This document shows positions 28,660-38,987 of a stretch of 64,000 nt of DNA, in pieces. The stretch lies in assembly GCA_000614405.2 (NCBI GenBank), contig GCA_000614405.2_3612.1; one strand, written 5' to 3'. Made by a program: the position numbers and the translations under genes. Under the pieces are notes generated by a model that was not told the origin of the DNA, did no database searches, and saw nothing but the letters and a program-made list of their open reading frames with translations. Numbering within the stretch: position 1 is the stretch's first letter; the number at the start of each line of letters is the position of its first letter. This DNA comes from Escherichia coli O157:H7 str. 2011EL-2287 (GTDB lineage: Bacteria; Pseudomonadota; Gammaproteobacteria; Enterobacterales; Enterobacteriaceae).

Positions 28660-29868
28660 ATGAGTAAAACCAAATTAGAACTTACCTGGATAGGTAAAAA
28701 CGAGCGCAAAAAGTTAGAGCCGCACATTTTGTTAGAAGATTCTAGCAAATCTTACCACAGCCAGAAAGTGACCGAAAACGATATTTTTGATAATAAACTG
28801 ATTTTTGGAGATAACTTATTAGCATTGAAGGCGCTAGAGCAAGAGTATGCAGGTAAAGTGAAGTGTGTTTACATAGACCCGCCATTCAATACCGGGAGGG
28901 CTTTTGAGCACTACGATGATAGCCTGGAGCATTCCATTTGGCTGGGCTTAATGAGGGATAGGTTAGAAATAATTCGTAATCTTCTAAGTGATGATGGGGT
29001 AATATTCGTTCACTTAGATGATTGCGAAATGGCGTATTTAAAAGTTTTGATGGACGAGATTTTTGGTCGTGCAAATCAGTTAAATACCATATCGATGACC
29101 ACAAATTCCCCTTCGGGATTTAAGGCAACAGGAGCCACAGTTTTCTCCACAGCAAACTTTTTGCTTGTATATGCAAAAGATCGCACCCAGAAACCGCTTA
29201 ACAAAATCTATATACCTAAAGGGTATGATACAGGGTATAACAAATACTTATTAAACCCGGACGACCATTATAAAAATTGGACGTGGTGCGGTATTGCCGA
29301 TGCGTTTGCAAAGGCCAATGGCTATAAAGATGCAAAAGAAGCCAAGAAAAAACTGCCTGATACATTCGATGATGAATTAGCACAATTCGCAATTGATAAT
29401 GCAGAACGTGTATTTCAATCTGTTGCAATTGGTGGTGGAGCTAAAATAAAGAGAAAAGAAACTATCGAGAAGTCAAAGAGAGATAGGAATAAGGTTTATG
29501 TACATCCAAATGAGGATGTTGAAGGATTTTATATCGCAAATGGTAGGCAAATGGTCTTTTACTCCAATAGACTTTTGGAAATTGACGGTGAGATGCAACC
29601 TGCAGAACTAATAACTGATGTTTGGACAGACATTAGTTGGAATGGAATAGCAAATGAAGGCGGCGTTAGTTTCAAAAATGGGAAAAAACCAGAAGCTCTT
29701 TTGAAGCGGATTTTCGAAATGTGTACGCTAGAAGGCGATTTGGTATTGGATTCATTCGGTGGTTCGGGAACTACTGCTGCTGTAGCTCACAAGATGAAAA
29801 GACGTTGGATCTCAATCGAGCTAGGTGATCATTGTCATACCCATATTATTCCGCGCTTGGAAAAGTGA
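28660..29868 (+). CDS. Mod-like (beta-class) N6-adenine/N4-cytosine DNA methyltransferase
   Basis: N-terminus LTWIGKN...DNKLIFGDNLLALKAL; motif IV IDPPFNTG precedes motif I DSFGGSGTT (beta-class order). Confidence 0.8.
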   Translation: MSKTKLELTWIGKNERKKLEPHILLEDSSKSYHSQKVTENDIFDNKLIFGDNLLALKALEQEYAGKVKCVYIDPPFNTGRAFEHYDDSLEHSIWLGLMRDRLEIIRNLLSDDGVIFVHLDDCEMAYLKVLMDEIFGRANQLNTISMTTNSPSGFKATGATVFSTANFLLVYAKDRTQKPLNKIYIPKGYDTGYNKYLLNPDDHYKNWTWCGIADAFAKANGYKDAKEAKKKLPDTFDDELAQFAIDNAERVFQSVAIGGGAKIKRKETIEKSKRDRNKVYVHPNEDVEGFYIANGRQMVFYSNRLLEIDGEMQPAELITDVWTDISWNGIANEGGVSFKNGKKPEALLKRIFEMCTLEGDLVLDSFGGSGTTAAVAHKMKRRWISIELGDHCHTHIIPRLEK

Positions 29869-29997
29869 TCGATGGTGAAGATCAAGGGGGTATTTCTAAG
29901 TCTGTAAACTGGCAAGGTGGTGGTGGCTTCCGCTATTACAAACTTACTCCGACCTTAATTACGAAAGATAAGTCTGATCAATAAAGAGTACAATCAA

Positions 29998-30303
29998 ATG
30001 ATGAAACGTTATAAACCATACACTTTTGAAATCGATTTCGAACTTGACGATATGTTCACTGTGGAAGCTCAGGCAGTTGTCCAGTTGCCAGACCCAGAGT
30101 GCCGTGATTCTGATGTTGACTATTATGGATTTAGACAAATCACTGATGTGCATGTTTACCACAACGGTGAAGAGGTGGACTTCCACCAACTGCCAAACGA
30201 TATGCGCCACTCAATTTACAAACGTGCAGCCCGTGAACTAGAGTCATATCTGGATGCAGCGACGACAGCAGCTGCATTTGCTGAAGAAGTGGGAGGTTTC
30301 TGA
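29998..30303 (+). CDS. hypothetical protein
   Basis: ORF with RBS. Confidence 0.4.
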   Translation: MMKRYKPYTFEIDFELDDMFTVEAQAVVQLPDPECRDSDVDYYGFRQITDVHVYHNGEEVDFHQLPNDMRHSIYKRAARELESYLDAATTAAAFAEEVGGF

Positions 30304-30698
30304 TGATTACAGGTGTGAAGATTATCCAATACCACTTAACCAAATTGGAAGATGCTGAAAAAGAGCTTGCAGAAGTTCTGAATAGTGGATATACTTTACT
30401 ATCATGCGCCTGCTCAGACACCTACGCTGTGTGGACACTTATCCGGAAGGAAGAGCCTGCGGGGATCTTGGTGCCAAACCCTAAGATCATTAGTGAGGTG
30501 GATGACTACGCTCAGGACGGCCTGCCAGAAGGCTGGGAAGTATGGGAAGGTGGTGAAAACCCTGCACCAGGTAAGTGGGTAAAATACAAACTGCGTAGTG
30601 GCGCACAGTACGCTGACTATTCTGATGACCTGGACTGGAGTCATTCTTCACCAGAATCATCTGCAAGTTCCTATGATATCATAGCTTTTAAGGAATAA
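30303..30698 (+). CDS. hypothetical protein
   Basis: ORF, start overlaps upstream stop. Confidence 0.4.
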   Translation: MITGVKIIQYHLTKLEDAEKELAEVLNSGYTLLSCACSDTYAVWTLIRKEEPAGILVPNPKIISEVDDYAQDGLPEGWEVWEGGENPAPGKWVKYKLRSGAQYADYSDDLDWSHSSPESSASSYDIIAFKE

Positions 30699-30710
30699 GG
30701 AGAAGGCGGT

Positions 30711-31193
30711 ATGTCAGATTTTATGTGGAAAGTAGGTTACGCAGCCCCTGAAATGTGCGAAGCCTGCTTTGTGAAAATAGGCCGCGAGGATATCGACAAG
30801 GTGATCCTTAAGTTTCGTGATGTGGCTGTAATCGGCAACCGAGTGCTTAAGCACTTGAAGAATCTGAAGCTCACCAAAAAGAAGTTCTTCGGGCTTTTCG
30901 AAGAGAAGGTTGATGCTTGGACGCATTGCATTCAGGAAGCTAAATCTCACTACAGTGCTATCGTTACCCCAGAACGGGTAGCCAAGATGGAAGGGTTCAT
31001 CAACAGCACAGAGTTTGAGTGCCTGAAAGCTGCACTTGATAGTTATCCGAAATGCCTCAAGCACTTGGACAAATATGTAGAAAAGGATGGGGAAATGTAT
31101 CTCACCCTGGACGCATACTATGAGATGCAAGAAATTTTAAATTTAGATTTGACATTGGTATCCACCGAGTATACAATAGGTATCCGGGTTTAA
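30711..31193 (+). CDS. hypothetical protein
   Basis: ORF with RBS AGGAGAAGG. Confidence 0.4.
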   Translation: MSDFMWKVGYAAPEMCEACFVKIGREDIDKVILKFRDVAVIGNRVLKHLKNLKLTKKKFFGLFEEKVDAWTHCIQEAKSHYSAIVTPERVAKMEGFINSTEFECLKAALDSYPKCLKHLDKYVEKDGEMYLTLDAYYEMQEILNLDLTLVSTEYTIGIRV

Positions 31194-31198
31194 CATTA

Positions 31199-31228
31199 GG
31201 CCCTGCCCGAAAGGGTGGGGCTTTTTGC
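31199..31228 (+). terminator. rho-independent terminator
   Basis: Hairpin GCCCTGCCC-GAAA-GGGTGGGGC followed by TTTTT; same sequence recurs at 41622. Confidence 0.6.
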
Positions 31229-31242
31229 ATTAGGAGACAGCA

Positions 31243-32009
31243 AATTGAAATTCATCTACAAAGAACACTACCACAAAGGTGTTGTGTGGAGCCTATTTGA
31301 CGGGTCTGGTGGTGCAGTTATTGACTGGGCAAAAGCTGGGTACCTGTGCCTGTGCTTTAATGCAGAAGGTGCTGACCACGGCAGTTATGCAGAGGTGATC
31401 ACCGATCATCCAAATATTCACTATGTAGATTATTGGATTGATCCATGGTTCCCTCAGGAAACTTTCTGCATGTACCCAGCTCCGGACTTTGTTCTTGCAT
31501 TTCCTCCGTGCACCCACTTAGCGGTGTCAGGTGCTGCACACTTTAAGAAGAAGCTGGCTAAGGACCCGCTGATCCAGATTAATGCTGTAAAGGATGCTCG
31601 GGTTGCAGAAGAGTTGGGAGAGATTTACGATTGCCCGTGGCATGTAGAGAATCCTGTGGGTGTTATGTCCACACTGTGGCGCAAACCTGATTACCGTTTT
31701 CACCCTTCTGACTATGGCGGGTATTTACCGGAGGATGATGTAAACCCCTGGTTTCCTGAATTTATAGCTCCACGTGATGCCTATCCAAAAATAACTTGCG
31801 GCTGGATAGGTAATGGATTTATAATCCCGGCCACAAAACCTGTCCCGCAAATAGTTGACGCGGTTAGCGGGTATTCCATGCAACACGCCAAGCTGGGTGG
31901 AAAGAGTGCAAGAACGAAGATGATCCGAAGCCTCACACCACGTGGCTGGGCAAAAGCCGTATTCTTAGCAAACGAGCCTGTAGTAAGGAGCAGAATTAAT
32001 GGGAAGTAA
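31243..32009 (+). CDS. DNA (cytosine-5) methyltransferase
   Basis: Motif I SLFDGSGG, motif IV FPPCTHLAVSG, motif VI HVENPVG; probable TTG start after AGGAGA RBS (ORF track starts at 31215). Confidence 0.65.
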
Positions 32010-34077
32010 ATTTATGGCATCTGCATACAACCGTTTCGGTGAGCCAAACCCGAAAGCAACTAAGTATAAAAGTGGGGGAAGTGTGAAACGAGACTATCGT
32101 GATGAAAAAGAAGTTGAAACTGTAGAGACTGTTTTAGAAAATACTAAAATTGTCCCTGTCCCACAACAAAATATCGGTCTGATGGCTGCACAATATTTTG
32201 GTGTGCGATCAGCATTGTCCCAAGAAGACGGTGTGACAGTCACTGCAACATATTTCCCATATTACGACCGCTACGGAAATCTGTCTGGTTTCAAAAAGCG
32301 TGACTGGACTATTCCTAAAGAGCAAAGGGGCCATTTCTCCGTTGTTGGCATCGTAAAGGCCAACTCCCAGATGTTTGGTCAAAAGCTGTGTGCATCTTCC
32401 AACAACCGTAAGCAGATTAACGTTTGTGAGGGAGAAGGTGATGTTATTGCAGCATGGCAGGCTGCATATCAGATACAAGTAAAAGGGATTCTCACCAACG
32501 CTAAAGCCCCGGCAAAGGTGAAGCAGTGGGCTAAAGAGGTCCAGGACGGGATCGACGCAGTTATCAACGGTGGTGATCTGGCAGGAAAACCCTGCCTGCC
32601 TTTTGTTGGAATTAACTGTGGATGTGCAAACGCAGTAGATACTTTTGCAAACAATGAGAAGTTTATCCGTAGCTATGGAACAGTTGTGCTGGCAATGGAT
32701 AACGATGCAGCTAACGAGGTAGAGAAGCAAAAACACGTCATTAAAGGTGTTGAGGCCACGCACAATATCGCAGCATTTTTGATGGCTGATAACGTTTACC
32801 ACGTAGAATACCCTGGTGAAGTAAATGACCCTGACGGTGTAAAAGATATCCGAGACATGCTGAAGGCTAAAAAGCTGGAAGATATTGTCAACATGTTCCG
32901 GCACCCTGTTAAATATGTGCCTGATGCTGTGTCGGATTTAGAAGACTTCTCTATCGAGTCTTTGCGGAAAAAGACTTCCAACGGGGTAGATATCAGTGCA
33001 GAGTTCCCAAAACTGCAAAAAATGCTAAAAGGCTTGCACAAAGGGACACTCGTAATGCTTACAGGTCCATCAGGCGGCGGTAAAACAACCGTGGCTAAAA
33101 AACTGGAACACTGTATTGCAAGATACCTAATGGACCCGACATGCCCGAAGGCCGATGACTATGAAGAGGATGATCGTCTATGCATGATCCATCTTGAGGA
33201 GGATCCAGAGGAAGCAATTAACTCCTTGTATGCAAACCAGTTAGGGTTTGATGTTAAAGAGTTTGTTGAAGATCCTAGCCAGTTTTTAACTGATCAAGAA
33301 CATGCAGAGATTCACCAATCATGGGCAAAAGCTGGAAAAATCAAAGTGTTCAAACATTTCGGGTCTATTCCAGTGGACGAGTTGATTACCAAGCTTAAGC
33401 AAATGGTCTGCCTATACCATTGTCGCTATATTGTGCTGGATCACCTGTCTATGGTAATTTCAGGGCTTAATGTTAAAGATGAGCGAAAAGAACTGGACAT
33501 GGCTATGACTCAGCTGGCTGCGTTTTGTAAGCAGTTTAACGTGTTTATCTTGGTGATCGCTCACCTCAAACGTACAGAGATTGTGCCTCCTAAGGACAAG
33601 GATGGTAACCCATTACCTTTCTGGTATCCTGTGCGAAAAGAGAATTTGCGAGGATCGGCTGGGCTTGAACAGTTGAGTTGGGTAGTCATAGGTGTCGAGG
33701 CCGAAGAAATGGTGGATCGTTCTCGTGGGCGTGTCCGTCTGGTAGGTCTTAAAAACCGTCCAGCAAAAACTTTAGGTATTGCTGACACTTTAGTTATGGA
33801 CCCACATACAGGTAAGTTCCATGATGCCAGTAATTGGTACTGGGACAAAGAAATGCAGATGTTTACAGACGGAGAAGGTGGGGAGATTGTTTGGAGACCT
33901 CAGGCCATGTTTGAGGACCAAGAGCATGCAGTTGTAGAAACACCTATGGGCAAGGTTGTAGCCGATAAGGTTGTAACTCCTACTATTAAGCCTGTTGACA
34001 CGCAGGAAGACCTCCAGTACGATGATCCATCCTCTGATCCGGTCCCCGGTTTTGAGGATGATGAAACACCTTTTTAA
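31999..34077 (+). CDS. bifunctional DNA primase-helicase (TOPRIM + SF4, T7 gp4-like)
   Basis: TOPRIM Glu (VCEGEGD) and DxD (LAMDNDAANE); helicase Walker A LTGPSGGGKTT, Walker B RYIVLDHL; acidic C-terminus FEDDETPF. Confidence 0.8.
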   Translation: MGSKFMASAYNRFGEPNPKATKYKSGGSVKRDYRDEKEVETVETVLENTKIVPVPQQNIGLMAAQYFGVRSALSQEDGVTVTATYFPYYDRYGNLSGFKKRDWTIPKEQRGHFSVVGIVKANSQMFGQKLCASSNNRKQINVCEGEGDVIAAWQAAYQIQVKGILTNAKAPAKVKQWAKEVQDGIDAVINGGDLAGKPCLPFVGINCGCANAVDTFANNEKFIRSYGTVVLAMDNDAANEVEKQKHVIKGVEATHNIAAFLMADNVYHVEYPGEVNDPDGVKDIRDMLKAKKLEDIVNMFRHPVKYVPDAVSDLEDFSIESLRKKTSNGVDISAEFPKLQKMLKGLHKGTLVMLTGPSGGGKTTVAKKLEHCIARYLMDPTCPKADDYEEDDRLCMIHLEEDPEEAINSLYANQLGFDVKEFVEDPSQFLTDQEHAEIHQSWAKAGKIKVFKHFGSIPVDELITKLKQMVCLYHCRYIVLDHLSMVISGLNVKDERKELDMAMTQLAAFCKQFNVFILVIAHLKRTEIVPPKDKDGNPLPFWYPVRKENLRGSAGLEQLSWVVIGVEAEEMVDRSRGRVRLVGLKNRPAKTLGIADTLVMDPHTGKFHDASNWYWDKEMQMFTDGEGGEIVWRPQAMFEDQEHAVVETPMGKVVADKVVTPTIKPVDTQEDLQYDDPSSDPVPGFEDDETPF

Positions 34078-34135
34078 TGTTTAACAAAGAGTGGGAGGGG
34101 TAGTACAACCGCCTCCCCTTTAAGGAGAACTGTAT

Positions 34136-36559
34136 ATGAGCATGTGGTCGTTCGACTTTGAGTCATCCGGTTTGCTGGAAGACCCAGATCTTTATTATCA
34201 CTGCGGCCTGTTTAAAGAGCTGAATAAGAACCGTTTTATGCTGTTCCTTCCTCTAAATGACCGCACACACTACTCCGAGGAGGATATAGAAAAGGCTAAG
34301 AACTTCATTCTGGCAAAGAAAACTCTTTATAAAGATTTTGAAGTTCGCATAGCAGATTTTTCAGAGTTGGAAGGTTGGCTTACAGGAAATTCTGACTGGT
34401 CACCAACAGCTTTGAACTGCCATAACTGCTACAGTTATGACTTTATGCTGATGGAAAGATTATCTGGTATTCATTTTGATATGTTCCGTGATCCTAAATG
34501 TATGGGGACTATCAACGATCACCAGGTTAACCTGTTTGATACGTTGGCGATGAGCCGAATCTTGTGGCCTGATCGCCCTTTACCAAAAGGTTGTCCGGAC
34601 TCTGTATTCAACCCGGTTACTAAGAAAATGCAGCCTGTTGGTCCTCACGGCCTTATGGCATGGGGCTACGCCCTTGGTAACCAGAAAGTTCAAATTGATG
34701 ACTGGCGCGATCTTCCGTTATGGAAGTATGTGGATCGTGTATTTGAGGACGTTATCATCCAGGAGCTGCTCTGGAAAGAGCTGGTAGCGGAATCAAAAGG
34801 TGTATTCTACGGCAAATCTGACATGCAGAACTTTATGTACGATCCTGCCAAAGAGAAGCCGAAAGGGTTCAAGAAGATCACCTGGAAGAACGCATTACGT
34901 CGAGGCATGTTGCAGCACTTCCTGATGGAGCTGCAGGCCCGTCAGGGTGTATACTTCGACATAGATGGAGCTATTGCTTTACGTGACCGTTGCGATGCGT
35001 GGATGAAAGAAATCGCTGATCGTGTTGAACCACAACTGCCTTTAAAAGAGCTGTTAATGTCTCAGCGGCCCAAGTTCCCTGAAAAGCCGTTTAACCAAGA
35101 TGGGACAATCTCTAATAATGGTTGGAAATGGTTAAAAGATAAGCTTGGCTATCCTGTGGACATGAGTGCTTTAGAGTTCAAAGCCCCACCTAAGCGAGCA
35201 TTTACCTCTACAGGAGATGTCAGTAAGATGGGGATAAAATGGTGTGAAGAGATGGGCTGCAAAGACCACGATAAGATGGCTGATTTCTTGAGAGGCTATA
35301 TTAAGGGCACCTCCACACCACAACCTTTACCTAAAGAGCTGATGGATCAGGCAATAAGCGATCTGCAGCAGAAGCGAATGCCTGACTGCAAGATACCTAT
35401 GAAAATCAGCAATCAGGACGATATTAAGCGATACCTGATCAGTGCTGGTTGGCTTCCGACAATGTGGAGAACTAAGGATGTAACTAAAGACAGCAAGAAG
35501 AAAGCTTTACCTGATGCAGATGTTGATGCACGAGTATATGCATATATGGACGAGCTTTTGGAGTCAGAGTATTGTGACCTAATTATCAACTTCTGGAACA
35601 AAACTGATGCTAAGTTCCAGACAACCGTGCACAAGTTCCGAAGCTTTCCTAACTCCGAAAGGATTAAAAAGGAAGTATTCGGGAAAATACGTAGAAAAGC
35701 TAGGGCACTTATTACTTCTCCGCAACTGAAAGATACGTTTGGACACCTGTGTCCGAATCTTGAAAAATTGAACGGAGAGATGGCTAAAGATATCGTCTTA
35801 TGGTTATCATTGCGAAACCGCAGATCGGTCCTTGATCCACTCAAGGAGGATAAGGTTGACACTGGTCTTCTTAATCACCCACGCTTGAAGATTGACCATA
35901 AGCTTCCTGCTAAAAGTTCTGGGCTAACAAACACTTCCAGACAGAAACACAGTATTTGTGCAAACATGCCTAAACCATCTCCTAAAGTGGTTATGGGTAA
36001 AGAGATGCGTAGTCTATGGGGTGTTCCTCCGGGATACTTTGAGATCGGTATTGACGGGTCCAACTTAGAGCAGCTTATCGGAGCTTGGGGTGCCTTTGAG
36101 TTCGACAACGGCTTGTATTATGATGTTGTAAGTAACGGGGACGCACACCAAAACAATGCTGAGGCATATACAAAAGTAGCAGGTAGAGAGGTGTCTCGTA
36201 ACGACGGTAAACCTATCACGTATGGGGTTATGTACGGGGCACAAAAAGATAAAGTTGCAGACATGCTGGATATCTCTCCAGAGTTGGGACAAAGGGTAAT
36301 CGATGCACTCTGGGATGCCAACCCTGGTCTTAAGGGGCGCAAAGAGGATCTGGAGAAATTCTGGGAAGCAACAGGTAAGAAGTTTATCTACTCTTTTGAT
36401 GGTCATGCTATCTGGACCCGATCTAAACACTCTTTACTTAATGCATACCAACAGAATGGTGGTGCATCGCTGTGTGACTTAGTTGGGATACTCATGCACC
36501 ACCAAATGGTGAAGCGTGGGTGGTACGATGAAGGTGTTCGTCGTATTATTTATTACCAT
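34136..36559 (+). CDS. family A DNA polymerase, exon 1 (3'-5' exonuclease + polymerase motifs A and B)
   Basis: Exo I FDFESSG, HCGLF and WGYALG align to T7 gp5 as I recall it; motif A GIDGSNLEQLIGAWGAFEFDNG; motif B RNDGKPITYGVMYGA; ORF stops right at the His of motif C. Confidence 0.85.
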
Positions 36560-36835
36560 AAATAACATTGTGGCTTCATAGAGTAATCTATGTCGAATAA
36601 CCTCTTTAACTGCGGGAAGCCTAAACCTTATGGCAAGGTAATCCGCAACGAAGCGCTCAAAAGAGCGAACGCTCAGAGGCCATTCCGAAAGGAAGTAGAC
36701 CAGCAAGTGCGGTCGAAATGGGAGGATTCCTGTGGTTGCTTATCATAGGAATATGAGATGGTCCGATCCTACGTGAAAACGTATGGCTATGCACGTAATG
36801 GTGCGGGGTAGCTTAACGACCTACCTGAACTATTG
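36560..36835 (+). ncRNA. group I self-splicing intron (no ORF) in DNA polymerase gene
   Basis: Inserted between His and Asp-Glu of motif C; follows exon U, ends with G; GUGG guide near 5' end pairs with exon CCAU; core elements AACUGCGGGAAG, AAUCCGCAAC, GUAGACCAGC, GAGAUGGUCC. Confidence 0.7.
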
Positions 36836-37189
36836 GATGAGTACCAACTTCAGGTCCCTGACACACCTAAGTATAAGACTGTGTACACCTTCGACACAAT
36901 TGAAGAACTGGAAGCATTTAAGGCAGAGCAGGAAGCCAAACTTCATGTGTTCGACGGTCATAAGTACAAAAAGGCACGCAAGGATGAAAACGGAAACGAG
37001 GTGGTTGACAGAGACGGAAACACGGTGTACGATCCTATCCTGAACGATGACGGAAAGCTTGAACTTATCTGGAGCCCTGTGGGCGAGATGGTGGTACATT
37101 GCTTCTGGCAAGCTTCTAAAATGATGGGAGTCCCGTTCCAGATCACAGGTGAATACTTGTGTGGTCGTAACTGGGGTGATTGTCACTAA
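36836..37189 (+). CDS. family A DNA polymerase, exon 2 (motif C Asp-Glu to C-terminus)
   Basis: Begins DEYQLQV (cf. HDEIQV of T7 gp5); ends GRNWGDCH, matching the conserved Pol A C-terminal NW..H. Confidence 0.65.
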   Translation, partial: DEYQLQVPDTPKYKTVYTFDTIEELEAFKAEQEAKLHVFDGHKYKKARKDENGNEVVDRDGNTVYDPILNDDGKLELIWSPVGEMVVHCFWQASKMMGVPFQITGEYLCGRNWGDCH

Positions 37190-37238
37190 TGTAAACTATC
37201 AGCACAGGGAGGTGCTGTTGAGCAAAGAGGAGACTTTT

Positions 37239-37523
37239 ATGGTAGTAGAGCCAACAAAAACATTTACATCCATGACCATTCCTGTTATTATGCAGGTGGA
37301 GTGTGTTCAGGTATCTCAAGTGTGGCCTGGCACCAAAATCCCAACAGGGCCTGATTTCTTTCAGGTTGGGAAAGTGTACAATGTCTGGAAGGCACCAGAT
37401 TGTTACCCTTTCATTAAAGATGACCGTGGGATGCTGTGGTATCTTGGAAATGACTTGACACTGCACCTTGGGAATGCTATTATTGCAGTATTCAGACTTA
37501 ACAAGAAGGAGACCGATCAATGA
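37239..37523 (+). CDS. small paralog-family protein
   Basis: RBS AGAGGAG; shares GKxYxV...IKDDxGxxW pattern with neighbours. Confidence 0.4.
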   Translation: MVVEPTKTFTSMTIPVIMQVECVQVSQVWPGTKIPTGPDFFQVGKVYNVWKAPDCYPFIKDDRGMLWYLGNDLTLHLGNAIIAVFRLNKKETDQ

Positions 37524-37747
37524 CAACTTTGGTTAAAGCTACTTTTGTAGAAGAAAAGATGACAGACCTGTCCTTCTTTAAAGAAGGAAAGACCTACGAG
37601 GTTTATTACGATAAAAATCGTGCAAACAAGATGATTAAAGACGAGGAAGGGATTGCCTGGTTTATCTCCCATCTGGCAAACGGTGAGTATCATATCTACG
37701 GAACCGCCCTGCTTGCCAAGTTTGTAGCTGTTGAAGAGGGCCTATGA
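37520..37747 (+). CDS. small paralog-family protein
   Basis: ATGA start-stop overlap; KEGKTYEVYYD...IKDEEGIAWF pattern. Confidence 0.4.
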   Translation: MTTLVKATFVEEKMTDLSFFKEGKTYEVYYDKNRANKMIKDEEGIAWFISHLANGEYHIYGTALLAKFVAVEEGL

Positions 37748-37938
37748 AAGTAAAGTATCTGGCTGAGGGTATGAGTAGGTATTTCACCCTTGGTGAAGAA
37801 TATTGGCCCTTTACAAGCAACGGCGATGTCTACGTGAAAGATAATTTCGGCACGCCGTGGTTTCTGCACTCTAATGGGTTGGGATATTCCATTTACTGCG
37901 GTGCAGTGAACAACACAACTCTTGCAGAGTTCGTTTAG
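37744..37938 (+). CDS. small paralog-family protein
   Basis: ATGA overlap; GEEYWPF...VKDNFGTPWF pattern. Confidence 0.4.
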   Translation: MKVKYLAEGMSRYFTLGEEYWPFTSNGDVYVKDNFGTPWFLHSNGLGYSIYCGAVNNTTLAEFV

Positions 37939-37948
37939 AGGAGGTAGG

Positions 37949-38320
37949 ATGTTAGTAAAAGGTACCCACACAGTCAAACAACGTATCGAAGTTGAGATCG
38001 ATGACTGCGAGCTGAAGCATATTTTACGGTCATGTTCTAACGTTTTGCTACTCAGTATTCTCCAGGAGCGAGCGGAGAACGAGTTCTTAAATGCATTGGC
38101 AGGCCGTCCTGGTGACTTCTGCGTGCGTAAACGTGAAGGTCATAAGTCATGGTTGTGGGAAATCGATGCCGACTGGGATTACCACAAAAATGAGGGTATA
38201 GATGAGCCTATTCGTGAACTGACGGACAAAGAGATTCAGATGTACAATGAAGTTTGTCATTGGGCAACACGCCAACAAATTTACCTCGACCCTGTGTGGC
38301 TGATTGAAAATAGCCATTGA
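37949..38320 (+). CDS. hypothetical protein
   Basis: ATG after RBS AGAGGAGG (ORF track start 37922 lies upstream of it). Confidence 0.4.
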   Translation: MLVKGTHTVKQRIEVEIDDCELKHILRSCSNVLLLSILQERAENEFLNALAGRPGDFCVRKREGHKSWLWEIDADWDYHKNEGIDEPIRELTDKEIQMYNEVCHWATRQQIYLDPVWLIENSH

Positions 38321-38396
38321 CAAGAAGTAAGATTAGATATAAGATGCTTCACACAAACAGAGCGTTGATTTTTAAATAACTAAGGAGACTGCCAAG

Positions 38397-38651
38397 ATGA
38401 AAATTACTTTGAAGCCAGAATGCGTTGCAAATGACCGAGCTTTTAAAGATTGCACAGTCGGTGCAATTTATGAAGCAGAGTTTTGTGAGAACCCTCTGGT
38501 AAAAGCCCTTCTGGAAGAAGGGGCCCCTTTATCACAAGAAGAGATCGATGAGCTGGAAAACTCAGCACAGTGCCTTACCTTTAAAGATGATGAAGGAGAC
38601 TCTGTCTGGTGCACTGTTAATGAAGTCGTTTTTGTAAAACCTGAACATTAA
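38397..38651 (+). CDS. small paralog-family protein
   Basis: RBS AAGGAG; NDRAFKDCTVGAIYEA...FKDDEGDSVWCTVNEV pattern. Confidence 0.4.
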   Translation: MKITLKPECVANDRAFKDCTVGAIYEAEFCENPLVKALLEEGAPLSQEEIDELENSAQCLTFKDDEGDSVWCTVNEVVFVKPEH

Positions 38652-38714
38652 TACTTGACAACAGCGATAGGACCTAATACAATGGTCCTATCAAAACGAA
38701 AGGGGACCACAACA

Positions 38715-38987
38715 ATGACCAAACAATACCAACGAATTAAAGCCAAGGTTAAGCCAGACTATCTGGAGAAGGACTCTGCTTTTCGGGACTGCACAGCTGA
38801 CAAAGTTTACACAGGGGCCGTCCTGTTGAACGATGAACTTGAAGTAGATATTCTTGGTAAAGAGGCCACTATTAAGGACGACCAAGGCGATTATGTTTGC
38901 TGCACCACACGGGAGCTAGAAATCTTAGAATACTTCGGTGAAATCTTCACCTCTCTTGATGATTACTTAGATGACGAGGAAGCGTAA
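38715..38987 (+). CDS. small paralog-family protein
   Basis: DSAFRDCTADKVYTGA...IKDDQGDYVCCTTREL, paralog of 38397 ORF; promoter-like TTGACA upstream. Confidence 0.4.
   Translation: MTKQYQRIKAKVKPDYLEKDSAFRDCTADKVYTGAVLLNDELEVDILGKEATIKDDQGDYVCCTTRELEILEYFGEIFTSLDDYLDDEEA

Noticed and set aside
34088-34118. Hairpin GGGAGG...CCTCCC between primase-helicase and polymerase as a terminator
   Set aside because: No downstream T-run; more likely a leader structure
36590-36751. 53-codon ORF inside the polymerase intron (possible homing endonuclease)
   Set aside because: No RBS, too short for a LAGLIDADG, GIY-YIG or HNH endonuclease, and it overlaps the conserved intron core elements
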